Source of the DNA: Acidobacteriota bacterium
Lineage (GTDB): Bacteria; Acidobacteriota; UBA890
Reading direction: 5' to 3'
Assembly (NCBI GenBank): GCA_965214245.1
Contig: CBDCBL010000005.1
Span: forward strand, 28,657 to 92,656
Length of the DNA: 64,000 bases
A model generated the notes under the pieces. It made no database searches. It was not told the DNA's origin and was given only the letters and a program-made list of their open reading frames with translations. Positions 52,277-61,373 of this stretch are shown piece after piece (within the stretch, counting starts at the first letter, position 1; each line of letters opens with the position of its first letter). Made by a program: the position numbers and the translations under genes.

Positions 52277-54352
52277 ATGATATGTTTTGGGCCCATGCGA
52301 ACCGGCTTCGTCGCTCTCGGCTGCGCTCTTCTGCTCGTGTGTACCGCCGCCCTGCGACCCGGCGACGCCGATGATCTGGCGCGCGCGCCGAACGGCCCCC
52401 TCCCGCCGCGCGTCGGCGACGGCCTTCAGGACACCCAGCGCGACACGGGCCGCCGTCGGTACGAACGCCTGTGCGCCAACTGCCACGGCGCCGATGGGCA
52501 CGGCGGCGAGCTCGGGCCCGCGATCGTCGAGCGGCTCGCCCTGCGGTCCGACGAGCAGCTCGCGACGCTTGTCCGGGAAGGTCTGCCGGCAGCCGGTATG
52601 CCGCGCACCGCGGTAACCGCCCGTGATCTGCCGGAGCTCGTGGCGTTCCTCCGAACACTGCGGCCGCGGCGTGGAACCGGTCCGGCCCTCGTGAGTGTCG
52701 AGACGACCGACGGGCGTACGCTGCGCGGGCGGCGGCTCAATCACAGCTCCACGGACTTGCAGCTCCTGTCTGAGGATGACGACGGCGAGCGGCGGATCCA
52801 CCTGCTGCGCGCGGCCGGCGAGCGCTACCGGCCGGTCACGTCACAGGCCGACTGGCCTACCTACAACGGGGACGTCCGCGGCAACCGCTACAGCGCGCTC
52901 GACCAGATCGACAAGGCCAACGTGTCGCGGCTGGCGCCGCAATGGCTCTTCACGCTGCCCGGCACCGGGCGTCTCGAGGTCACGCCCGTCGTCGTGGACG
53001 GCGTGATGTACGTGACGAGCGGCAACGAGTGCTATGCCCTCGACGCCGGTAGCGGACGCCAGCTGTGGCACTATCGGCGCCCCCGCACAGAAGGCCTGGC
53101 GGGCGACGCCGCCGCGGGAATCAATCGCGGCGTCGCGGTTGCGGGCAGCCGCCTGTTCATGGTCACCGACCACGCGCACGTCATCGCCCTCGATCGCTTT
53201 ACCGGGGCCCTGCTGTGGGATACCGAGATGGCGGACTGGCGCCAGAACTACGGCGCCACCTCCGCGCCTCTGGTCGCCGGCGGCCTGGTCGTCTCGGGGA
53301 TCTCCGGCGGCGACGAAGGAGTACGCGGGTTTCTGGCGGCGTTCGAGCCGACCACCGGCGAGGAGGTGTGGCGGTTCTGGACCGTGCCGAGGCGGGGCGA
53401 GCCAGGGTCGGAGACATGGATCGGCAACGACATCGATCACCCATGCGCGGCCACCTGGCTCACCGGAACGTACGACCCCGAGCTGGACATCATCTACTGG
53501 CCGACCGGCAACCCCTGCCCCGACTACGACGGCAGCCAGCGCCTGGGCGATAATCTGTACTCCGACTCCGTCGTCGCGCTCGACGCCCAGAGCGGCCAGC
53601 TGAAATGGTACTTCCAGTACACGCCGCACGACCTTTGGGACTGGGATGCACAGCAGCCGCCCGTACTGGTCGACCGGGAATGGGACGGCGAATCCCGCAA
53701 GCTGTTGCTGCACGCCAATCGGAACGGCTTCTTCTACGTGCTCGACCGGACCGACGGCGCCCTGCTGTTGGCGGAGCCTTTCGTGCAGAAACTGACCTGG
53801 GCAAGTGGGATCGGATCAGACGGGCGCCCGCTGCTCAATCCCGACCAGGAGCCGTCGGCGGAAGGCACGCTGGTCTGTCCCGCCGTGTCAGGGGCAACCA
53901 ACTGGTTTTCCACGTCATTTCATCCGGAGACTGGACTGTATTACGTCCAGTCGATGGAGAACTGCACGATATTCACGAGGACACCCGAGGATTGGCAACC
54001 GGGCCGGTCCTACTACGGGGGTTCCACTCGGCGTCCCGACGAGCCGGGGCAGAAGATCCTCCGAGCCATCGATATCCGCACCGGCGAGATCAGATGGGAG
54101 TTGCCGCAAATCGGCCCAGCCAACTCCTGGGGCGGCACGCTCGCCACGGCAGGCGGCCTGGTGTTCTTCGGCGAGGATAGCGGTGCACTGATGGCGGCCG
54201 ACGTGGACACCGGCCTGCCGCTCTGGAGCTTCCCGACCAGCGTCGTTTGGAAAGCCTCGCCGATGACCTACATGTTCGACCACGGCCAGTACATCGCGGT
54301 GGCGGCCGGGTCGAGCATCGTTTCGTTCGCGCTGGTCGACCCGGGGCCCTGA
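52277..54352 (+). CDS. Cytochrome c-fused PQQ-type beta-propeller dehydrogenase (acidobacterial 'empty quinoprotein'-like)
   Basis: CANCH heme motif; WPTYNGD..GNRYS.LDQI, YWPTGNP, QYTPHDLWDWDA, ANRNGFFY. Confidence 0.85.
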   Translation: MICFGPMRTGFVALGCALLLVCTAALRPGDADDLARAPNGPLPPRVGDGLQDTQRDTGRRRYERLCANCHGADGHGGELGPAIVERLALRSDEQLATLVREGLPAAGMPRTAVTARDLPELVAFLRTLRPRRGTGPALVSVETTDGRTLRGRRLNHSSTDLQLLSEDDDGERRIHLLRAAGERYRPVTSQADWPTYNGDVRGNRYSALDQIDKANVSRLAPQWLFTLPGTGRLEVTPVVVDGVMYVTSGNECYALDAGSGRQLWHYRRPRTEGLAGDAAAGINRGVAVAGSRLFMVTDHAHVIALDRFTGALLWDTEMADWRQNYGATSAPLVAGGLVVSGISGGDEGVRGFLAAFEPTTGEEVWRFWTVPRRGEPGSETWIGNDIDHPCAATWLTGTYDPELDIIYWPTGNPCPDYDGSQRLGDNLYSDSVVALDAQSGQLKWYFQYTPHDLWDWDAQQPPVLVDREWDGESRKLLLHANRNGFFYVLDRTDGALLLAEPFVQKLTWASGIGSDGRPLLNPDQEPSAEGTLVCPAVSGATNWFSTSFHPETGLYYVQSMENCTIFTRTPEDWQPGRSYYGGSTRRPDEPGQKILRAIDIRTGEIRWELPQIGPANSWGGTLATAGGLVFFGEDSGALMAADVDTGLPLWSFPTSVVWKASPMTYMFDHGQYIAVAAGSSIVSFALVDPGP

Positions 54353-54354
54353 AG

Positions 54355-54465
54355 CTTCGCGCCGCACCTCCACTTCGCGCCGCACCTCTACCTCGCGGTC
54401 GCGCCAGCAATTTCACGCCGCACCTTCATCGATGGCGCCTCCACTTCGCGGTGGCGCCACCCTTC
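54355..54465. repeat. Degenerate ~18-bp tandem repeats
   Basis: CTTCGCGCCGCACCTCCA / CTTCGCGCCGCACCTCTA / ...TTTCACGCCGCACCTTCA / ...CTTCGCGGTGGCGCCA. Confidence 0.6.
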
Positions 54466-54466
54466 G

Positions 54467-56095
54467 TTAAGGCTGCGACGACGCGCTCCCGCGTGCCTCG
54501 TGTTGCACGGCCGTCCACGTGGCGCCGCGATACTCACCCATATCGAGCGTGCCCGACATCCGGTCGCCCTCGACCGTGCCGGAGAACGTGTAGCTGAGCG
54601 AATCACCCGAACCACCATGCGAGCTGCGGAGGCGGACGGTTTCTCCATCGATCGACCCGCTGAGCTCCCGTGTCACGAAGTCGCCCTGGTGGACACCTTC
54701 GAGCTCGTTATCGCGCTGACGCAGGTGCAGCGCATGACTCGACGTCGCGGCCGCGTACTCGATCTGCACGGTCCACGTGCCGTTAAGGTCAGCCGCGGGC
54801 GCGGCGGGCGCCGGGCTCGACGTCCTCTCGCGGTTGGCGAGCAACGCGTGCAGCTGGTCGGCGACGATTCGCTCGTCTCCGGGCGACATCATGTACGGGT
54901 TGATCGATACGCCGGTCTGCCCCGACTCGCGGTCACCGCGCGCCGCGACCTGCGCAACGCGGGGTTCCCCTTCGAAGAGCATCCCCGACGCCGATTCGCC
55001 GGAAAGACCGAAACGATCCCGATCCCAGAAAACCCGCAGCGACGGCGTGCAGTTCGAGAGCCCGCGCGGCTGGACGATGGTCGTCGCGACGCCGTCGATC
55101 GTCGAGACCCGGCTGCCGATGTGCTCGAGCCACGACGTCCATTGCTTCCATTCGGCTTCGTGATCGCGCCGCACCCACATCTCGACCGCCATCAGCATCC
55201 CGATCGCCTCTTCCTTGCCGACTTTCAAGCCGCGCGCGAAGCCGTGATGCGGTGCACTGTGGACCCAGGCGGCGCGGACCAGGTCCTTGCGGCCGAGCAG
55301 TAGGCCGGCGGCCTGTGGTCCACGCAGGCACTTCCCGCCGCTGTAGCCGACGAGCGTGGCGCCCTGTTCCAGGTGGACGTTCGGGATCGTCAGAAACTCG
55401 GCCGCGGCGTCGACGAGAATCGGCACCTGCCTGGCGCGGGCCAGCGGCACCATGGCCTGCAGGCTCAGCTCGCTGTCATCCGCCCTCCGGCCGGCGAGAA
55501 AATAGATCATCGCGGTGCGCGGGCCCAATGCGGCCTCCAGCTCCGCGAGCGTCTCGACCTCGATGACCCGAACGCCCACCGCCCGCACGGCTGCGTCGTA
55601 CACGTTGCGCGAGTGCTTCGGGATGACGACCTCGTCCTTCGCAAAGCCCGTCAGGTACGGGATGCGGACGTGGAGGTCCGGATTGCCACCGGCCACGCAG
55701 GCAGCCGTCGCGTGCGTCAGCGCCGCGGCGCAGCCCGACGAAACCATGCCCCATTCCGCCTCGGTCAGGACGACCAGCCGCGCACCGATGGCGTCGGCCA
55801 GCTCATCCAGATGGACGTAGCTCTGCGCCGCGGCGTCCATCGCCGCTCGCACTTCCGGGAGCATCAGCGAACCGCTCAGGATCGTGAACGTGCCGCGCGC
55901 ATTGACGAACGGCCGGACGCCGATCGATTGATAGATGTCGGCCCCGACGCGCAGCGCCGTGGCCCCGGCCGCCTGGGCGCGACCCCGAACGGCGGCCGCC
56001 AGCCCTCGCGGCCAACTTGAAGCCAGCGCCAGCAGGCCGCCGAGCATTCCGCCTGTTCCCAACAGCTGCCGCCGACTGATGAGCTTCTTTCCCAT
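54467..56095 (-). CDS. Tat-exported SelA-like PLP-dependent enzyme (DgaE-like) with C-terminal beta domain
   Basis: MGKKLISRRQLL Tat motif, FVNARGTFT, LVDAAAE, YSGGKCLRGPQ, KVGKEE. Confidence 0.8.
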   Translation of the reverse strand: MGKKLISRRQLLGTGGMLGGLLALASSWPRGLAAAVRGRAQAAGATALRVGADIYQSIGVRPFVNARGTFTILSGSLMLPEVRAAMDAAAQSYVHLDELADAIGARLVVLTEAEWGMVSSGCAAALTHATAACVAGGNPDLHVRIPYLTGFAKDEVVIPKHSRNVYDAAVRAVGVRVIEVETLAELEAALGPRTAMIYFLAGRRADDSELSLQAMVPLARARQVPILVDAAAEFLTIPNVHLEQGATLVGYSGGKCLRGPQAAGLLLGRKDLVRAAWVHSAPHHGFARGLKVGKEEAIGMLMAVEMWVRRDHEAEWKQWTSWLEHIGSRVSTIDGVATTIVQPRGLSNCTPSLRVFWDRDRFGLSGESASGMLFEGEPRVAQVAARGDRESGQTGVSINPYMMSPGDERIVADQLHALLANRERTSSPAPAAPAADLNGTWTVQIEYAAATSSHALHLRQRDNELEGVHQGDFVTRELSGSIDGETVRLRSSHGGSGDSLSYTFSGTVEGDRMSGTLDMGEYRGATWTAVQHEARGSASSQP

Positions 56096-56198
56096 CGTCC
56101 TTCTCCATGCCGTGTTTGGGCGTGGTTCCGTCGCGCCCAACAATAGCGCCGCTATCTGCTGACCTCCAGAGGGCGATGCCGAATTAACCCTCGGGGGC

Positions 56199-57428
56199 TC
56201 AACCTCCGTAGCTGATCCGCCAGACGAGGTTGCCGCCGTCATCCGTAACGAGCACCGAGCCGTCCGCCAGTTGCAGCAGCCCGACCGGCCGGCCCCACAC
56301 CTGCTTGTTGTCGTCGTCGTCGCGCACCTCGAATCCCGACAGAAAATCCTCGGGCGGCCCGCTGGGGATGCCGTTTTCAAACGGCACGCGAACCACCGAG
56401 TAGCCGGTAAACCGCGACCGGTTGATCGAGCCGTGCAGCGCGATGAGCGCGCTGTTGCGGTACTCCTCGGGAAACTGCTCTCCCTGATAGAAGATGATGC
56501 CCAGCGGCGCCGAGTGGGCCGGCAGCAGAACTTCGGGCGCGATCGCCTCGGCAACCAGGTCGGGACGTTGTGGGGTGACGGTCGGATCGACGTGCCGGCC
56601 GATATAGGAGTACGGCCAGCCGTAAAAGCCGCCGTCCTGCACCGACGTGATGTAGTCGGGTGGCACGTCGTCGCCGAGCTGGTCGCGCTCGTTGACTGAG
56701 GTCCACAGCACGTCGGTGCCGGGGTAGAAGGCCAGCCCCACAGGATTGCGCAGGCCACTGGCGAATATGCGGTGGGAGCCGCCACCGGGCGCGTACTCAT
56801 TGACCGCGGCGCGGCGCTCGTCGCCGCCCGGGGTGGAGTTGGTCGCCGAGCCGATCGTTACGTACAGCTTGGTGCCGTCCGGGCTGAAGATCAGGTTGCG
56901 TGTCCAGTGGTTGTAGCCACGCGTTTGGCGTAATTCGATGCCGAGGCGGGCAGCCGTGTCGCGATCGACGGCCTGGTTGCTCGGCGGCAACTCGACGATC
57001 ATCTCGGGCTCACCGGTCGCCTTGGTCTGGCCGTCTCGATACAGGAATCGGACGACTGCACTATTAGCGCCGATGTAGAGGTGCCCCTCGCGAAACGCCA
57101 GGCCGAACGGGCGGTCCATATCGGTGGCAAACATCTCGCGAAACTCGGCAACACCGTCATGGTTTGCGTCGCGCAGCACGATGATCTCGCCCTGACGGCT
57201 CTCGGCCAGAAACACGTCGCCGTTGGGCGCCAGCGCCATCCATCGAGGGTTCCTGAGCCCGTCGGCGAAAACGTTGACGGTGAACCCGGCCGGTAGCGTC
57301 AGCTCGTGGCCGGCCAGCCGCTCGACGACGCGCGGGGCCCTCCGGTACCACGGCGTATGCATCGGCGGCGGCAGCTGCGGGAGCTGCCAGAAAATGAGAC
57401 CGATGATGATGGCGGTGCGTGTGAGCAC
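56199..57428 (-). CDS. Glucose/sorbosone dehydrogenase family protein
   Basis: GLRNPVGL, NERDQLGDDVPPDY, GGFYGWPY, HGS.NRS, WGRPVG. Confidence 0.9.
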   Translation of the reverse strand: MLTRTAIIIGLIFWQLPQLPPPMHTPWYRRAPRVVERLAGHELTLPAGFTVNVFADGLRNPRWMALAPNGDVFLAESRQGEIIVLRDANHDGVAEFREMFATDMDRPFGLAFREGHLYIGANSAVVRFLYRDGQTKATGEPEMIVELPPSNQAVDRDTAARLGIELRQTRGYNHWTRNLIFSPDGTKLYVTIGSATNSTPGGDERRAAVNEYAPGGGSHRIFASGLRNPVGLAFYPGTDVLWTSVNERDQLGDDVPPDYITSVQDGGFYGWPYSYIGRHVDPTVTPQRPDLVAEAIAPEVLLPAHSAPLGIIFYQGEQFPEEYRNSALIALHGSINRSRFTGYSVVRVPFENGIPSGPPEDFLSGFEVRDDDDNKQVWGRPVGLLQLADGSVLVTDDGGNLVWRISYGG

Positions 57429-57470
57429 GAGCCGATCCTAGCAGGCCGCGGTAACGGTGTGATGGGTCGG

Positions 57471-58751
57471 CTAGCGCGCGTCCCGGTAGGTCACGCCGCT
57501 CTTCATGACGAAGCTGACCGACTCGAGGGCCTCGATTTGTTCGAGAGGGTTCGTCGGCGTGGCGATGATATCCGCCGACATCCCGGGGGCGATCCCGGCG
57601 TGGCTCGCCTCGATGCCGAGCAGGCGGGCGCCGTTGATCGTCAGGGCGCGGAGGATGTCCACGGCCGGCACATCGGTGGCGGTCCAGGCGTCGAGGTTCT
57701 CGATCGCCGCCGTGCCGTGGGTGTGACCCGGCGCCTTCATGTAGATATCGGAGCCGAAGGCCATCGAAACGCCGATTGCGTGGGCCCGGCGCAGTCGATC
57801 GATCACCTGGGCGTAAAGGTCGACGTCGGGGTCATCGTCGAAGCCCTCCCAGGCCTTCATGATCGGTTCGGCCAGGTCGGTACCGACGAGCATTACACCC
57901 TCGTCACGAGCCCTGGTGAGCGCCTCGTCGCTCATCTCGAAGCCGTGCTCGATCGACGCGACCCCCGCCTCGATCGCGTGGCGGGCCCCCTGCTCGGTGT
58001 AGCTGTGCGCGGCCACCCGCACGCCCGCGGCGGCGGCTTCCGCGATAACGAAGCGGATGTCGTCGACCGAGTAGAGGTAGCGCTGGTCGTCGACGACGAT
58101 CTTGATCCAGTTGGCTCCGTAGTGGAGGTTCTGGCGGATCGCCTTGCGAAGCTCGTCCCGCGTGTCGGCATAGATGTAGTCCTGCAAGCCGAGGTCGGGA
58201 AACTCGGGATCGACGGCGAACTGTCCTCCGAATCCGGCGATGATCTTGCCGGATATGAACATGGTCGGGCCGTCGACGACGCCGGCCTCGATGGCCGCCT
58301 TGAGCGCCGAGTCACCATAATTATCCGAGTTGCCCAGGTCGCGGACGGTCGTGAAGCCGGCTTGCAGCATCGACGCGGCGTTGGCGGCTCCCTCCAGAAC
58401 GCGATACGCCGTCGGAACGTCGACGGTGTACGCCTTCAAGGACGTCACCGTCGTGTCGACCGCCGAGCACAGGTGAGTGTGCGAGTCGATCAGCCCGGGA
58501 AGCAGCGTCATGTCCGACAGATCGATCACCGTCGCGCCCTCCGGGATCGCGACGTCGGCACCGACGGCTGTAATCGTCGAGCCCGACACGAGAACCACCT
58601 GATCGGCGCTCGCCGTGCCGCTCGCCGGATCGACAATTCGTCCGGCCCGGATGGCCGTCACCTGGGCATGCGCCCACGCTGCGGGCAGGCACGACAGCAA
58701 GATGGCGATGGCAGCGATACGGGCGGCTTTCTGTAGCCTCGTTTTCTTCAT
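57471..58751 (-). CDS. Secreted amidohydrolase (Xaa-Pro dipeptidase-like)
   Basis: PGLIDSHTH, AGFTTVRDLG, VAAHSY, SIEHG, FGSD. Confidence 0.9.
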   Translation of the reverse strand: MKKTRLQKAARIAAIAILLSCLPAAWAHAQVTAIRAGRIVDPASGTASADQVVLVSGSTITAVGADVAIPEGATVIDLSDMTLLPGLIDSHTHLCSAVDTTVTSLKAYTVDVPTAYRVLEGAANAASMLQAGFTTVRDLGNSDNYGDSALKAAIEAGVVDGPTMFISGKIIAGFGGQFAVDPEFPDLGLQDYIYADTRDELRKAIRQNLHYGANWIKIVVDDQRYLYSVDDIRFVIAEAAAAGVRVAAHSYTEQGARHAIEAGVASIEHGFEMSDEALTRARDEGVMLVGTDLAEPIMKAWEGFDDDPDVDLYAQVIDRLRRAHAIGVSMAFGSDIYMKAPGHTHGTAAIENLDAWTATDVPAVDILRALTINGARLLGIEASHAGIAPGMSADIIATPTNPLEQIEALESVSFVMKSGVTYRDAR

Positions 58752-58806
58752 GATCTCGCGATCCTGTTCCGGCTCCGCGACTCGGGTGAACGCCGCTGCG
58801 ATCTCC

Positions 58807-59839
58807 CTAGCATCGACCAATACGTCGTTGCAGAGCGTCGCAAACTGGCACGTATTGCACCCGCGAGTCGTCCACGGGTTCCGGCTGCGTGAGGAGATGG
58901 CGGCTGAAAAATGCGTGCATGTCGGCAAAGAACTTGCGGGCCGCCTCCTCCTTCCCTTCGCTGGGAGTCGGCCCTAGCCCGCCATACCAGCCGAAAGCGT
59001 GTGGCTGACCCGGATAGATGACGGACTCAACTTCTTTTCCGGCTGCCTTCAGGTCCGGGATCAGGAACTCGTTGTGGATGTCGACGAACACCTCTTGCCT
59101 CTGATTGAGGCCGCCCACCGCGAGGAAGATAGGGCCACTTATCTTACGCAACTCCTCCTGGGCCGATCGTCGGATCTCTGGGGTGAGGAACTGGCGAGGA
59201 TCCTCGAGCAGTCGCTGTCCAACCCGGGCCACATCAAGCATGTCGTTCAGGCCAGCGATGAGACCATCGTAGCCGGACCACAGCGGCGGCTCTTCTGCGG
59301 CGACGGCAGCAACCTCGTTCTCGGCGGCCACCTTCAGGGCCAAGTAACCTCCATAACTGACGCCGTACACGACCGCACTGTTCGGGTCCACTGCGGACAT
59401 GCTCTTCACGTGGTCGACAATAGCCAGTTGGGGATCTCCCAGCGGCGGAGCGTCCCCCGGGAGACCCTGTTGGGCGAGAACCGTTACGTACCCTGCCGCC
59501 AGAAACCGGGTGAAGGTCGGGTTCGTCAGAGCCCTGATCTTCAATCGACTCATCTCACCAACAACGCCGTCCCTAGCCTCGCTCGCGGCGGGCGAGCTGA
59601 TGATCACAACGGCCGGGAAAGGACCTTGGCCTGGGGGTCTGCGTAGTACGCCGATCGCAACCTGTCCATCGTGGGTCTCAGCAGAGAGTTCCTCGACCGG
59701 GCTGATCTCCTCAGAGATCGATGGCCTAGTGACAGGGGATTGCGCTGTGGCAAAGGACACGCCCCAGCACAGGATCAACAGGGCCAAGACAGCGAATCGC
59801 CCCGTACCGAGCGGTTCGAGGATTTCGTAATGACCGAGG
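58807..59839 (-). CDS. Secreted alpha/beta hydrolase; original 5' codons displaced to ~61300-61313 by the IS1111 insertion
   Basis: GPFPAVV, GVSYGG nucleophile elbow, YPGQPHAF; removing the IS restores MVGKTLGHYEILEPLGTG... Confidence 0.8.
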
Positions 59840-59916
59840 TAGCGTAAGGAAAAAGGGCGTTTCTTCACTGGTAAAGTCCGGTTTGCCCAACCAACTCAAC
59901 CAGGAGAAACGCCCTC

Positions 59917-60944
59917 ATGGAATCGTATGTTGGCATCGACGCACACTGCAACGCGGGACTGGAGCTCGCCGCCATAGAGGCACGCAGTGGAGAACTGCTA
60001 TGGCGGGACCGTTGTCGGCTCGATGGGGATCTGTTGCGAGAAGCGATCGGTCGGGCTCCCTGTCCATGTACGGTGGTATTCGAGCAGGGAGAGTTAGCCA
60101 CGTGGCTGCACCTGGCGCTTTCGGGTTGCTGCAAGAACCTGATCGCTGCCGACCCCCGGCGCAACCGCTTGATCTCAACCTCGCCCGACAAGGACGATCC
60201 GTTCGATGCGCTGGCCTTGGCGCAGCTGGCCAGGGGGCGATATGTGCGGGAAGTCTATCAGCCACCTGTGGCGTTCTTGAACCTGCGGCTGCAGGTGCGC
60301 CACCACGATCGACTCAACCGCCACATCAGCGCCTTGAAGAACCAGGTCAAGGCCCTGTTCCGCTACCACGGGATTCCGGTAGTAGGCGCCGACGTCTATT
60401 CACCGGAGCACCGGCCCGCATTCCTGAAGTGTTTGCCCGAAGCCGCCCGGCCGCCGGGCGAAGACCTGCTGGGCATCCTCGATGTGGCCGCGGAGAAAAA
60501 GGACGCAGCGCTGCAGTTGCTAGTCCAACACGGGCGGCGGTTTCCACCCGTCAGACGGCTTATGACGGTTCCGGAGATCGGCAACGTCAGGGCAGCGACC
60601 TTCGCCGCGTATCTGGTCACCCCCACCCGCTTCCCCTCCCGCTCTCACATCTGGAGCTACTGCGGCTTTTCGGCCTCACCCGACGACGAAGCGGCTCACA
60701 CATCGAGCCGGTACGCCTGCGACGAGGCTTCAACCGGCACCTGAAACGGGTCATCAAGAGCGCCGTCGAGCGAATGGTCTTGCGGCAGGCAGATCCTTTC
60801 GCCGCGGCGTATCACGTTCGACTCGAGCGCGGGACGTTACCGACCCGGGCCAAGCTGGCGATTGCGCGAAAGCTCATCGACGTGCTGTGTGCCCTTTGGA
60901 ACAGCAAGGAGGACTACGATCCAGAACGTGTGAGAGTTGTCTAA
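59917..60944 (+). pseudogene. IS110 recombinase/transposase with a frameshift at ~60667
   Basis: YVGIDAH, VVFEQG, KDDPFDA (DEDD); after WSYCG the TTTTC run shifts frame to FGLTRRRSGS...GFNRHLK...AIARKL. Confidence 0.88.
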
Positions 60945-61280
60945 TTGCCCGGCGTCGACACGCGCGGTTTGCGCCTTGTCACATGCGCAGGTCCCACCGC
61001 CTGCGGCGGGACCTGCGCCGCGGGAAGCCTCAACAAAACCCTTAGACTTCGAGTCTCCGACCAAGGTTAGGCTCCGCGGCCCCGTAGTCCCAGACGCAAC
61101 CATAGGCCTCGAGTCTCGGATAGGAGCATGGGCTGCTCGTTCAAGCCCCAACAATCCTGAAGTTGCTCGCGCCGCGACCCATGACGGTCGACCCCCCCAA
61201 ACGACGAAGCCAAACCGGACCAACGCCCCAGGCCAACTTGAACATCTCTACCCCATCTTTAGGGAGAGTGCGTCTGTTGA
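60945..61280 (+). ncRNA. Putative bridge/seek RNA-encoding region of the IS1111 element
   Basis: Non-coding 3' end with a duplicated motif (61043, 61103), each copy ending in a sequence that matches the target end or the donor end; strand and exact ends are inferred. Confidence 0.65.
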
Positions 61281-61373
61281 CCTTTTTCCTTATAGGAGGG
61301 TCTTGCCGACCACTGTGGGTAGTCCGTTCCGGGAAGCGTGGGCGGCTAGCCTATGTGCAATGGCAGTTACGTT

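Larger units (their letters stand above)
59840..61299 (+). mobile_element. IS110 family, IS1111-type insertion sequence
   Basis: Perfect 12-bp sub-terminal IRs (59845-59856 TAAGGAAAAAGG / 61281-61292 CCTTTTTCCTTA); GAGG core at 59836 and 61296; transposase followed by a long 3' non-coding region. Confidence 0.9.

Noticed and set aside
54467-56095. True selenocysteine synthase SelA serving the nearby selenoprotein
   Set aside because: It has a Tat export signal and an extra C-terminal domain, and no selB/selC/selD is adjacent; proximity to serS and the selenoprotein is probably coincidental.
54467-56800. 777-aa ORF as one protein
   Set aside because: The 5' part overlaps the sorbosone dehydrogenase gene in another frame; the real start is the ATG at 56095 with the Tat motif.
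60660-60672. Programmed frameshift in the IS110 transposase
   Set aside because: IS110 transposases are normally single ORFs and no slippery heptamer is present; a T-run indel is the simpler explanation.
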